A stretch of DNA of 64,000 bases from Candidatus Saccharimonadales bacterium (GCA_041600755.1 JBFIJL010000001.1:56798-120797), one strand, 5' to 3'. Shown: positions 45,851 through 55,734, numbered from the stretch's first letter. Numbers and translations: made by a program. The notes: generated by a model not told the origin, from the sequence alone.

Positions 45851-47679
45851 ATGATGGACAGTATGGCTACAGGAGATAAGAAAACCAGAACACGCAAGAA
45901 GCAAGTGCTTGTACCGCTTAGTGATAAGCAGTTGAAGCAAGCCGAGAGTGTAGTAGCCGAAAGCCTAAAAGATAACCCTGAACTGTTCAACCTGCCAGAG
46001 AGTAGATACACGGTTGAGGGTCTCGTAGACTTCTACGTGCAGTCGATAGCGGGTAGCAGAAAGATACTACCTAAAGAGAAACGACGCTATGTAGTCTACT
46101 TACGTAAATCCACTGATGACGAACGTAAACAAGTGAGGTCGATTGACGACCAGAGAAAAGAGTGCCTAGATTTAGCCAAGAGGCTTGATATTAAAGTACG
46201 ACCTGAGGATATTTTCGAGGAAAGACAGTCGGCAAAAATCTCTGGCAAACGTGACATATTCAATGACATTATGGAGGGTTTTGAGAGAGGTAAATATCAC
46301 GGTTAAATCTCGTGGTCACCTGACCGATTGTCACGCAATATGTTAGGGGTGGCCAGATTATCGAGCACGTAGATTACGAGAAGATACAGGATTTACTATT
46401 CTGCACTTACGCTTTCGACAACACACTAAACGGCAAAATGATGCTTGGTATTTTGTTTGCTACGTCAAAGCAATATAGCGACAAACTAGCGGTTGATGTG
46501 GCTCGTGGCATTACAGGTGCTATCCACGAGGGCAAGTATGTTGGTCTAGTCAAAAAGGGCTACTATGCTGACACTGACAATGGACGGTTTATGCCAGACG
46601 GCGTACATTGGCAGTTATTACGCCAAGCCGTTGTTATGCGACTAAAAGACCGCAAGACCAATCAAGAGATAGCAGACTTCTTAAACGCCTCAAACTTTAG
46701 CTTTCGCAAAAGCCAAGATGACCCCTACAAAAAAGCAAAAATGGACAAAAAGACAGTTGCAACAATGTTTGCCGACCCCTTTTACACGGGTGCTTACAAG
46801 TATGGCGATAACATAGCCAACCTAAAAGACACCTATAACTTTTTGCCCCTGATGACACCCGACGAGTTTATAGCGTTAAGCAAGAATATGTCGGATAGTT
46901 TCAATAAAGAGTTTGTTGGTCGCAGTAACGTTGCTAAACGGCTAGATTTCGGATTGCTTCGAGAAAAGGTTATTTGCGACTATTGCGATAAACCGATGGG
47001 CTTCCAGAGGACAAAGATACCAAGAGGCAAAAACCAAGGTCGCTATATGATAAGTTTCTATTGCCGAGATAATGGTCAGGGCTGTCTACGTCATAATAAC
47101 GAAGAAGCTATAAAACAGTACGGAAAGAAGCTCAGCAAGAGTGTTAGGCTCAAAGATATAACGCCACACATCGCTTGGACGATACAGAACTGCACTAAAG
47201 ACAGCAAGAAAGCCTACGACTACTACATTGAACGTCTGAAAAGTGAGGTTGCCGTTAAACGTGAGACTGCTAAACGCAAGCTGGCTGATGCTAAAAAAGA
47301 AGTTGCTAAGCAAGAAGAGATGCTAGCCCAGTATCAGAACTTTCAAGTAAAGCACCCTGAAGATTATCAGAAGTACCACAAGAATAAGCTAGAGGAGCAT
47401 CAACAACTCCTTGATGTACATAGTGTAAGTGTCTCTAAACTAGAGAAAGAACTCGAAAAACTCAAACAAGATTTACCAACCCGCAAAGAGTTTGCTGAAC
47501 TCGTCCAATCGTATCTGTTAATACTACGTACAACCCGTGATTTGGTGGAAGAGGACGAAGTGTACAAAGAGATGGTGTTGAACCTGCGTGTTAGGGACGA
47601 CTCCGCCCCTGTTATAAAGCTAAATCCACCATACGATATGATGGTGGATTTTAGCGAAAATACTTCTTGGTCGGGGTGA
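45851..47679 (+). pseudogene. Large serine recombinase (integrase) disrupted by an in-frame TAA (46304-46306) and a frameshift (~46335-46365)
   Basis: N-terminal YVVYLRKSTDDERKQVRSIDDQ (catalytic Ser region); after the TAA the same frame continues ISWSPDRLSRN (resolvase DRLxR motif). A different frame then reads GGQIIEHVDYEKIQD...MMLGILFATSKQYSDKLAVDVARG, followed by the recombinase domain and Cys zinc ribbon (CDYCDKPMG...FYCRDNGQGC) and a coiled coil. Last codons TSWSG* are encoded by the tRNA-Pro 3' end. Confidence 0.6.
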
Positions 47680-47742
47680 GAGGACTCGAACCTCCGACCT
47701 CACGGTCCCAAACCGCGCGCGCTAGCCAACTGCGCCACACCC
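47668..47742 (-). tRNA. tRNA-Pro (anticodon TGG)
   Basis: Revcomp CGGGGTGTGGCGCAGTTGGCTAGCGCGCGCGGTTTGGGACCGTGAGGTCGGAGGTTCGAGTCCTCTCACCCCGACCA; anticodon loop TTTGGGA. Confidence 0.85.
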
Positions 47743-47813
47743 CGTTAGTCTAGTGGCTTTTGCCACTAGAAAACTTACAGTATTATAACAGAAATTATTG
47801 TACTGACCAGTGT

Positions 47814-48299
47814 TTATTCAGTTACTTGACCGACGGCGTCCGTGTTGAAATCAACAAACTGCACATAGTAGTCCCACTGGGCAATTGTAGCTGCGTCAAG
47901 TTCTTTCGCCATATCGATCACCGCACGAACTGCTGTTTCGTCTACCTTAACGCTCTCCCCAACGTTCAACTCTGGAGTTCCGGCTTCTTGTGTTAGCTTG
48001 GTTTCGACATAAATTATTTGAGCTTGTGACAAGTCGACATCATTCAAGATTCCAAATGTCTGAACTGCTTTACGAGCCATCTTAGTGTATGAATCGCCAG
48101 ATTGAGCGACATAAGCGTACGGACCAGTTTCAGCTTCTGTCGCCTCCTCTGAATCGTCAACCTCGGCCTCATGAACCGCAGCTGCAGCCTCGTCGGCATG
48201 CTCTTCACCCTCATGAGCAATTGTTCTTGGTGCCGTAGCAAATCCAATTACAAAGACACCTACAAATAGCGCAACAAATATTGCTGTTAGTTTTTTCAT
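47814..48299 (-). CDS. Secreted acidic protein with LysM-like segment
   Basis: Signal peptide MKKLTAIFVALFVGVFVIGFATA; YAYVAQSGDSYTKMARKAV resembles the LysM core (YtVkkGDTLssIA). Confidence 0.4.
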   Translation of the reverse strand: MKKLTAIFVALFVGVFVIGFATAPRTIAHEGEEHADEAAAAVHEAEVDDSEEATEAETGPYAYVAQSGDSYTKMARKAVQTFGILNDVDLSQAQIIYVETKLTQEAGTPELNVGESVKVDETAVRAVIDMAKELDAATIAQWDYYVQFVDFNTDAVGQVTE

Positions 48300-48360
48300 C
48301 TCCAATACCCTCACTTCTTGCCCACCACGTTATTTTGGTTATGCCTACTATTCTAGCAGA

Positions 48361-49155
48361 TTATTGCGCTTCTAGCACACGTATTCGCTTGATGCTTTTT
48401 GCCAGCTGCGTGGACTCGTCCACGGACACCAGCAATGCATTAAACTGCAGATCACCCGACTCTTCTAGAGCGTTGGAATTCTTCTTGTCGTCACGCCATC
48501 TATCAATAATTACCTGAGTTTTCACTCCAAGGCTTGCATGCAAGACCCCACACATTCCTACGTCAGACTGGAAAGCAGTGTTGCCCGGCAAAATCATCTC
48601 ATCTGCTGTTGGAACATGCCAATGATCGCCAATCACCATGCTTACTCTGCTGTCTACATACTGACCAAAAACAACTTTTTCGCTGCTGTAATCACCGTGG
48701 ATATTTACAACTCTGGCTGCCACCGGCACATCAGATGTCTTGGCTAATATCTCATCTATTTTTTGCAGTGGGTTTGTAGACTCGACCTTCATGCCTACGG
48801 TTTGTCCGAGTATAGAGATCACCAAAACTCGACCTTTTGGCGTGTCGATGAATTTCCAACCTGGGCCAGGGCACACCGGCATATTTGCAGGCCCGATAAC
48901 TGGCTCGTTCTGATCCTTCAGCAAATCGTGAAGCTCGCTTCGTTTAGGGGTGTGATTTCCCCCAGTGAAAAAGTCCACTCCTATATTTTGAAGCTGTCGC
49001 ATATCTGCAACCTTCATACTCTTTCCGTCACTGACGTTTTCGGCTTGGGCGATAACCAAGTCTATGGAATGTTGCGACTTAAGATTCGGCAACACCGATT
49101 CCACGATCTCTATGCCCTTATCGCCCATGATGTCGCCGATGTATAAAATATTCAT
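48361..49155 (-). CDS. ymdB: YmdB-family metallophosphoesterase (2',3'-cyclic-nucleotide phosphodiesterase)
   Basis: MNILYIGDIMGDKG...TGGNHT...VVNIHGD...GDHWHVPTAD metallophosphatase motifs; located downstream of rny (with two intervening genes) (conserved rny-ymdB pairing in Firmicutes). Confidence 0.75.
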   Translation of the reverse strand: MNILYIGDIMGDKGIEIVESVLPNLKSQHSIDLVIAQAENVSDGKSMKVADMRQLQNIGVDFFTGGNHTPKRSELHDLLKDQNEPVIGPANMPVCPGPGWKFIDTPKGRVLVISILGQTVGMKVESTNPLQKIDEILAKTSDVPVAARVVNIHGDYSSEKVVFGQYVDSRVSMVIGDHWHVPTADEMILPGNTAFQSDVGMCGVLHASLGVKTQVIIDRWRDDKKNSNALEESGDLQFNALLVSVDESTQLAKSIKRIRVLEAQ

Positions 49156-49748
49156 TATTGCCTGTCCTTTAGGTAGGGCGGAGTTTCTCTATTGAACACA
49201 ACCTCATTAACGCCACCTATAGAGTCACCTTCAGTCCATTTCTTGTAATCATATGCGTAGGCGTTGTCCACACTGCCTGTGACAGCTTTGCTCCATTCAA
49301 AACCAAGCTCATCTGCAACCTTTTTGATGCCCGCTTCATTATTGCCCTCGATTTCGATATAAGGACTGAGCCATGGCCATTCATCTAACACTATTTCTAT
49401 ACCATTCATGCTCCACTCTTCACGCTTCGACTCCTGCACACTTATCGACTCATATCCAAGCGCATTCAAAAGCTGAATAGAGTTATCGTATGAATCAACA
49501 ACGATCTCAATTTCATTATCGTAATCACCGTCACCATCACTCTTGTATGTAATGGTGACCTTATTGCCTTCATCGCGAACTCTCAACCTCTGACCATTAA
49601 CCTTAAAAAAATCGCTTTTGACGGAGTCAAATATAGTGCGACGCATCAGCCTCATTGGTTGCTCGCAGGTTGCACCAATAGACTTCAGCTTTTCTCGCAC
49701 ATCATCAAAATCCACATTCAAAAATTTAACTTCTATTTCTTGCTGCAT
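49155..49748 (-). CDS. CYTH-domain protein (triphosphate tunnel metalloenzyme / class IV adenylate cyclase-like)
   Basis: N-terminal EIEVKFL signature (CYTH ExExK) and size ~195 aa. Confidence 0.65.
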   Translation of the reverse strand: MQQEIEVKFLNVDFDDVREKLKSIGATCEQPMRLMRRTIFDSVKSDFFKVNGQRLRVRDEGNKVTITYKSDGDGDYDNEIEIVVDSYDNSIQLLNALGYESISVQESKREEWSMNGIEIVLDEWPWLSPYIEIEGNNEAGIKKVADELGFEWSKAVTGSVDNAYAYDYKKWTEGDSIGGVNEVVFNRETPPYLKDRQ

Positions 49749-49757
49749 GCGTTCATT

Positions 49758-50390
49758 CTACCATTTGACATCTTGTTTAGAGTCTCCGGACAGAAGAGAA
49801 AATAATTCAGTCAGAAACTGTGCGTTAGCAATATGATCCAGGGCAAAATCGTAAACCTCCTCATCGCTTAGGTCTTGTAGCGATCCATCAAATGGCTCAG
49901 CAAACTTGTAATTTGGCGAGTGTGTGCGCTTCACCTCTCCATCCCTCATAAAAAGCAGCGGAGCATTTAACTCTGCGGCCCCAGAGAACATACTCATGCC
50001 AGGATCTATTTTCATTTGACCATAATTTAAGACAAGTGCATTTGCGTCACGCTTATACGCAAAGTAATATAGCTCTAGTCTAGTTCCACCGTTCGGTAGA
50101 ATGGTCTCATAATTGGCCCAAATTCTACTGTACCTACCAATACCTTTTTCTATGCGATTTTCATAGAACAATCGTACTTGTCCGCCTTCTCTGTTTGGAC
50201 CTTGATGATACGATCTGCGAGTAAAATCATCTTCACCCAAAAGCTCAACTCGCTCCAAACCTTCCCTGAGCTCATCAAATACCTCTTGATACTCTTGGAA
50301 AAGCTCGATAAACAGCGTTCTAACCGAGTAGTCCTCTGTAGTTGTCACTTCGTCCCACCCCCAGTCTGGTAGTTTTTCTGGGGAACTCAT
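49758..50390 (-). CDS. Hypothetical protein (210 aa)
   Basis: No recognised motif; sits between the CYTH gene and rny. Confidence 0.4.
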   Translation of the reverse strand: MSSPEKLPDWGWDEVTTTEDYSVRTLFIELFQEYQEVFDELREGLERVELLGEDDFTRRSYHQGPNREGGQVRLFYENRIEKGIGRYSRIWANYETILPNGGTRLELYYFAYKRDANALVLNYGQMKIDPGMSMFSGAAELNAPLLFMRDGEVKRTHSPNYKFAEPFDGSLQDLSDEEVYDFALDHIANAQFLTELFSLLSGDSKQDVKW

Positions 50391-50402
50391 TTGCTCGTCC
50401 TT

Positions 50403-51917
50403 CTATTTAGCGAATTCTATTGCTCGTGTTTCACGAATGACATTTACTTTGACGGTCCCTGGATATTGCATAGTTGATTCGATCTTGTTGGCGATATCAC
50501 GCGCCAATCGAATTGCTGACAAATCGTCAATTTCACCAGGCTTCACAAACACCCGAACTTCACGTCCAGCGCTAATTGCATAAGACTTCGTGATGCCCGG
50601 GAAGCCATTTGTGATGTTTTCGAGGTCACGCATGCGCTCTGCAAAGTTTTCTGCAGACACGTTGCGCGCACCAGGCCGAGCGGCACTAATTGCATCAACA
50701 ACGCGCACAATCAATGCTTCTGTAGTTGTAGCCTCCATGTCATCGTGATGTGCTTCTGCGGCGTGGCATACTGCCTCTGGAGCACCGTACTTACGGAGCA
50801 TCTCGCCGCTTATGTGATGGTGCTTGCCTTCCATCTTGTGTGTAAGGGCCTTGCCAAGGTCATGTACGAGCGCTGCGTACTTGGCAATCTTCACATCCGC
50901 ACCAAGCTCTTCGGCGATAATCCCGGCAATATGTGCCATCTCGGTACTGTGTTTGAGTACGTTTTGTCCATAGCTTGTTCGGTATTTGAGTTCACCAAGC
51001 AGCTGCAATACTTCTTTTGGAATGCCAATAATGCCCACTTCTCGGGCTGCATCTTCACCGGCTCGCATAACGTCTTTTTGGACCTGCTTTTGAGCTTTCT
51101 CGACAATTTCTTCGATTCGGCCTGGGTGAATGCGACCATCCTTCATGAGCATCTCAACGGTAACTCGCGCGACTTCACGGCGAATTGGATCAAAACTGCT
51201 TAACACAATCATTCCTGGAGTATCATCAACCATGATGTCAACACCGGTTGCGCGCTGCAGCGCCTGGATGTTGCGACCCTCCTTGCCAATGAAGCGACCT
51301 TTCATGTCGTCGTCAGAAAGCTTAACGGCACTCACTGTGCGCTCAGCTGTAACTTCACTGGCCATGCGCTCCATCGCTCCGACCAAAATTGCAGAGGCCT
51401 TTTCTTCGGCATCTTCTTTCGCCTCATTCTGAAGCTTAGAAACCAAACCAGTTAGATCTTCACGAATGTCGCGCTCGGTCATTTTCATAAGCTTCTCGGC
51501 TGCATCTTCTTTTTTCAGCTTAGCAACTTTTTCCAACTTTTCTTGCTGCTTGACACGAATGTCGCGAATCTCGTTCTTGAGGCTCTCTACTTCGTCTTCG
51601 CCTTTCCGAAGTCGCTCAGCTCGCTTATCCAGCTCGTCCAGTTTGTTGTCGAGTGTTTGTTCGCGCTTGGCAAGGCGTTGCTCGGTTTCTTTTAATTCTT
51701 TTCGACGAGACTCTTCGTCTTTACGGGCTTGGTCACTAACTTTGGCGGCCTCTTTTTTTGCTTCTTCCAACGCTTTTTCGGCTTCTTTTTTAGCCTTGGC
51801 TCTTTCTTTGTCGGCGGCAGATTTTGCAGCCCCCATTTTTTTGCTCGTAACTGCATTGCTTGCGCCAAATCCAGCAACTACTCCGCCGATGGCGAGTATT
51901 ATCGTCAGTGGTTCCAT
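50403..51917 (-). CDS. rny: Ribonuclease Y
   Basis: N-terminal TM, Lys/Glu-rich coiled coil, KH domain (FIGKEGRNIQAL...), HD domain (…HSTEMAHIAGIIAEELGADVKIAKYAALVHDLGK). Confidence 0.9.
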   Translation of the reverse strand: MEPLTIILAIGGVVAGFGASNAVTSKKMGAAKSAADKERAKAKKEAEKALEEAKKEAAKVSDQARKDEESRRKELKETEQRLAKREQTLDNKLDELDKRAERLRKGEDEVESLKNEIRDIRVKQQEKLEKVAKLKKEDAAEKLMKMTERDIREDLTGLVSKLQNEAKEDAEEKASAILVGAMERMASEVTAERTVSAVKLSDDDMKGRFIGKEGRNIQALQRATGVDIMVDDTPGMIVLSSFDPIRREVARVTVEMLMKDGRIHPGRIEEIVEKAQKQVQKDVMRAGEDAAREVGIIGIPKEVLQLLGELKYRTSYGQNVLKHSTEMAHIAGIIAEELGADVKIAKYAALVHDLGKALTHKMEGKHHHISGEMLRKYGAPEAVCHAAEAHHDDMEATTTEALIVRVVDAISAARPGARNVSAENFAERMRDLENITNGFPGITKSYAISAGREVRVFVKPGEIDDLSAIRLARDIANKIESTMQYPGTVKVNVIRETRAIEFAK

Positions 51918-52097
51918 CTTTTTTCCTTTCGTTAAAACCTCTGAAACCGCCAGCATCACTATCACTTCATTAGTTGGTCGAAATCAGAGAAAATCAAAAA
52001 TTCAGTGGACTCTCAAAATAAATCCTACCCATAACTATACGTGCCCGCGGCCTCATTCGCAATCAAAACTATTGCAACATATCGACCCGTTGTTTAA

Positions 52098-52916
52098 CTA
52101 CTGCTGTACAGCAAACACGATGATGCGCTGGTCGTATGAGCTTTCTGCGTAATTTACATTCCCCGTACAGGTTATTAGGCTTAGACCGGGCACACCTTGC
52201 TCGGCAGATATTAAAGCAGCATTCATGTTCACCTCGCTGGTCGGTGATATCTCGCTTCTCACAACTCGATAATTAAACACCTTGCCGTCGCCACGCTCAA
52301 CCTCAATCACGTCTCCTGCTACTAAATCTCTAATACCGTAGAAGACCCCTTTCGTACTTGGGCCATGCACATGACCATCAATTAATACGGCGCCATGCTC
52401 ACCAGGCTTAGAACTGCCTTCATACCATCCAGTGTCATATATATTTGAAGGTGCTTCTAGCTCATTCTTAGAGTTGACTCCCAGCTGCAATATACGAGCC
52501 TCGACTCCAAGTTTCTTTATCCTTATAAATCTTGGCTGATCTGGCGCCACAGCATAACTTCCGACATTGCTTGGTGGCGTCTCATCTGGTACAACGCGAT
52601 CCGAGCTACCCTCCTCTGCACTTTGTTGCAGGTTATGAATCTGGGCTTCAACTTGCTGATTTACCTGGTCGCCTTGCAACGCGACGAATGCTCCAATTAC
52701 AAATATTGCGCACGCCATCACCGGAAATGTGAGCTTCATTAATGCAAAACGCCTTTTTATAGCCCTCTTCGTTGACTCATACTCGTAGAATACCTTCCGT
52801 GTGATTGTCGCCCTTTCTTCGTAAGGACGCCTTACGATTCGCTGCGCACCACGGCCACGAAGCGCCACAGACGGGCGCTTCGCATAGTCGAATTTGTCTC
52901 GAGATGTACGTTGCAT
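52098..52916 (-). CDS. Sortase family transpeptidase
   Basis: N-terminal TM; catalytic His (LIDGHVHGP), TLxTC-type Cys motif (LSLITCTG) and downstream Arg (DQRIIVFAV). Confidence 0.75.
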   Translation of the reverse strand: MQRTSRDKFDYAKRPSVALRGRGAQRIVRRPYEERATITRKVFYEYESTKRAIKRRFALMKLTFPVMACAIFVIGAFVALQGDQVNQQVEAQIHNLQQSAEEGSSDRVVPDETPPSNVGSYAVAPDQPRFIRIKKLGVEARILQLGVNSKNELEAPSNIYDTGWYEGSSKPGEHGAVLIDGHVHGPSTKGVFYGIRDLVAGDVIEVERGDGKVFNYRVVRSEISPTSEVNMNAALISAEQGVPGLSLITCTGNVNYAESSYDQRIIVFAVQQ

Positions 52917-52945
52917 ATTATTGACTGCTCAGTTCGTCTTTATGG

Positions 52946-54610
52946 CTATGCGGAAAACTTGCTGTAGCGTCGACCAAGGAACATGATCGCTCCGGCTGCC
53001 AAGGTGGCTGCAGCGAACATGATGGTAGGGCTGGCGCCAAGTAGACCAAAGCCAGTGTCTGGAGCAGTTGGTGCAGATACGACAGTAATCTCTACATCGT
53101 TACCATCACCACCTACATAACTTACTCTAAAAACTCCACCATTAGCTTCAAAAGTTTCACCCTCGGGCAAGTTTTGGAAGGTTCCCTGAACCGCATCTGT
53201 ACCTTCGTTGTTTATGACAACAAACTTCGTTCCAGCAGCAGGTAAATAATCCCCACTAGGGAAGCTCAGACTTAGTTTAGCGTCGAACAGATGCACATCC
53301 TCGAAGTCTGCAGCTTCAGCATCTGCATTTGTCACCTGCAGCTGGTCATAGCCAGTGCAGGCATCAGCGCCAGCAACTTCTACTATAAAGTTAGCAGCGC
53401 TCATATTTACTCCATCGGTTTTGAGACAGCCAGGGCTATTGCCTACAGCGACATTACTATTCGGATGAGCATTAAAGCCATTAACCACAGTACCTGAACC
53501 CATTAAAGTTGATCCATCATGCAACTCCACGAAGCCGGTAGTACCGTTTACCACTAGGGTGTCCCCAGGAATTACAGAATTAAAGCTAGTATTTTCATCA
53601 CTAGGCGCTATTGTTATTGTTTTATTCTTATACGCTAACGTTTCGTTATTGTAAACAATTGTTCCAGTAGACGATGACGTTTGAATTAAGCTATTCCCGC
53701 CTAGTACCATGTTTTCGAAAACTATCCTCTGCGTGAAGTACGTTGACATATAGGTGTCATCGGTTAGGGTAACGGCACCTGTGAAAGTTGTTGTACTTAC
53801 GCTAATTGGAGCGATTTTTGATACAGCAACGCCTCCGCCACCACCCCCAGAGCATCCGCCAATATATAGAGCTGATTCTGGTAGGCTGCCTGCGATAGAT
53901 ATAGGCTCAGCGTATGCTGTATTAGCTCTGACTATTAGCAGCCCGCCGTCAGATATCGTGGTCGAACCGGCACTAGTTCCTAGTGCGGTACTGTCTTCTG
54001 CGCATGCTACGTCCAACCTACCCAAATCAGCAACTGTAATGTTTCCGGTGAAAGTATTCTTAGCATTTAAGGTTAGGGTAGCGCTCACTAATACATCAAA
54101 TCCACCACTCCCACTTACGATTCCGTCAATTGTAGTATCTCCACTAACGTCAACCGTGTTCGCACCCAGGGCAACGTCACCATCAAGGTTAACTCGGCCA
54201 AAATCAACACCCGCTGTAATAGTAAGGTCGTTTTCTATTGTTAATCCTGCTGTTGTGGAAATAATGTCACCACTTAAAGAAAAAGCAGTGCCGGAAATTG
54301 TAGCAGCATCAGAGTTTGAAGCGTCTTCTGTCCAAGTAATGCTGGTGAATGTAGCACCCACCATGTCGTTTACTGGGTCTTTGACATTAAAGTCTACTGT
54401 TGATGCATCAAAAACTAATGCATCACCAGTTGTATCGAGCTGGTCAACAGAACAGCTCCAGTTACCAGCGGTTGAGAAGTTAGCGTCAGCGCCGCCGCCG
54501 GTCCAGGTGCAGGTGTCAGCTGCCGCGCTAACCATGACTGGCGCAAAGACAAAGAGTGACGACATCCCCAGTACAATGGATGTGCTTAAATTTACTACTC
54601 GTTTTAGCAT
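52946..54610 (-). CDS. Large secreted Gly/Thr/Ser-rich beta-type surface protein with C-terminal sorting-signal-like tail
   Basis: Signal peptide; repetitive G/T/S/V-rich body; C-terminus ...APTAPDTG + hydrophobic helix + RRYSKFSA (LPXTG-like architecture with a non-canonical APDTG motif). Confidence 0.55.
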   Translation of the reverse strand: MLKRVVNLSTSIVLGMSSLFVFAPVMVSAAADTCTWTGGGADANFSTAGNWSCSVDQLDTTGDALVFDASTVDFNVKDPVNDMVGATFTSITWTEDASNSDAATISGTAFSLSGDIISTTAGLTIENDLTITAGVDFGRVNLDGDVALGANTVDVSGDTTIDGIVSGSGGFDVLVSATLTLNAKNTFTGNITVADLGRLDVACAEDSTALGTSAGSTTISDGGLLIVRANTAYAEPISIAGSLPESALYIGGCSGGGGGGVAVSKIAPISVSTTTFTGAVTLTDDTYMSTYFTQRIVFENMVLGGNSLIQTSSSTGTIVYNNETLAYKNKTITIAPSDENTSFNSVIPGDTLVVNGTTGFVELHDGSTLMGSGTVVNGFNAHPNSNVAVGNSPGCLKTDGVNMSAANFIVEVAGADACTGYDQLQVTNADAEAADFEDVHLFDAKLSLSFPSGDYLPAAGTKFVVINNEGTDAVQGTFQNLPEGETFEANGGVFRVSYVGGDGNDVEITVVSAPTAPDTGFGLLGASPTIMFAAATLAAGAIMFLGRRYSKFSA

Positions 54611-54675
54611 TTTATTATCCTTTTGTATTAATTTTTTTATTTTTTGTAGTTAATATTGCTAACATGCTAGCGCTT

Positions 54676-55734
54676 TTATAAATTCATGTCAAATGCTCGG
54701 CTTGATGATGGAGTTGGTCCAGACGGTGTCTGCAGCGAATTTTGGGATGCATTTTCACTGGTGCTGCCCTTCTCCACCGCAAAGACTGCTAGCTGTTTTG
54801 TTGACGAGCTATTGGATTCATACGATGCCATTGTAGACAGCAGATTTAATCCCGGTTGGCTAGCTACAGCTGATTGGGTTAATTCCTGAAAATTTACTGC
54901 ATTCCTGTCATAGGTTTGCATTTTTGCAACGTAATAATGCCTGATGGTACCGTCTCCAAGCCGCACCTGAAAAGTGTCGCCTACAACTAAGCGTGTTAAA
55001 TCATAAAAGACTCCTTGTTTTTCTACGCCGCGCACATGGCCGATGAGTAACGAAGCGCCAGTCTCTCCTGGCTTTGCACTATTTTCGTACCAGCCAACGT
55101 CGTAAATATTCTGAGGCGATTTAGGCTCGCTATTCTGGCGCGTCGTCAATCGAGTTATTCTGGCGTTTATGCCAAGCTTTGTAATTATTAAATTCTGCGG
55201 AAGATCAGACGCCACGGCGTAGTTTTCTTGACCGTACGGCTGCTTGCTGCTTGGTGTGTCACCGTTATCTTCTAATATTTCCTGTAAATCTCTGGTTGCA
55301 GTCACAGAAGCCTGGCGACGATTAGACACCAATACTGTGAGTGAAATGATCAGAATAATGGCAATGAAAGCCACTTTGGGAATCTGTGTAATTTTTGGAA
55401 GCTTCAGATTTAGCTTTTTGAATTTGGTTGTCAACTTGTTCGCCTGTAGCTTAGCTTTTGTCTGCCAACTTGACGAAACTTGAGTTGACGGCGACTCTTC
55501 TCGTCGTGATGCACGATTGCCGAGCGCAATCATATATTCTTGCTCGGTTCCAGGAAGAATCCCAGATGAACGTCGGGCGTACTGTGCTTGTGGGTGCCGA
55601 CGTGGAACCTGCTTGCCAGGCGTGGGCTGCAAAATATGTGGCTTCTTTACCTGGGGAAGTGGGGGTGCAACAAAAACACCATCCATCGAAGATGTTCTGA
55701 CTGGTCGACTTGGTCGAGTAGGTTTGTGCTGCAT
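54676..55734 (-). CDS. Sortase-homologous protein lacking the catalytic cysteine (pseudo-sortase)
   Basis: Aligns with the adjacent sortase: LLIGHVRGV (His kept); the LSLITCTG position reads LNLLSTMA (Cys→Thr/Ser) and DQRIIVFAV reads TKQLAVFAV (Arg→Lys); long Pro/Gln-rich N-terminal region and a TM helix. Confidence 0.6.
   Translation of the reverse strand: MQHKPTRPSRPVRTSSMDGVFVAPPLPQVKKPHILQPTPGKQVPRRHPQAQYARRSSGILPGTEQEYMIALGNRASRREESPSTQVSSSWQTKAKLQANKLTTKFKKLNLKLPKITQIPKVAFIAIILIISLTVLVSNRRQASVTATRDLQEILEDNGDTPSSKQPYGQENYAVASDLPQNLIITKLGINARITRLTTRQNSEPKSPQNIYDVGWYENSAKPGETGASLLIGHVRGVEKQGVFYDLTRLVVGDTFQVRLGDGTIRHYYVAKMQTYDRNAVNFQELTQSAVASQPGLNLLSTMASYESNSSSTKQLAVFAVEKGSTSENASQNSLQTPSGPTPSSSRAFDMNL

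Larger units (their letters stand above)
42961..47667 (-). mobile_element. ~4.7 kb integrated island in the 3' end of tRNA-Pro, bounded by 10-nt direct repeats (attggtcggg at 42951-42960 and at the tRNA 3' end 47668-47677)
   Basis: tRNA 3'-end duplication; serine recombinase gene abuts and overlaps the tRNA end; AT-rich composition by eye relative to flanks; cargo: 425-aa unknown, DUF218, GNAT. Confidence 0.65.

Noticed and set aside
46304-46306. Possibility that the in-frame TAA in the recombinase reflects an alternative genetic code
   Set aside because: TAA/TAG/TGA all terminate the many conserved housekeeping ORFs here at the expected lengths, so standard code 11 fits; the stop is more likely a genuine lesion or a sequencing error.
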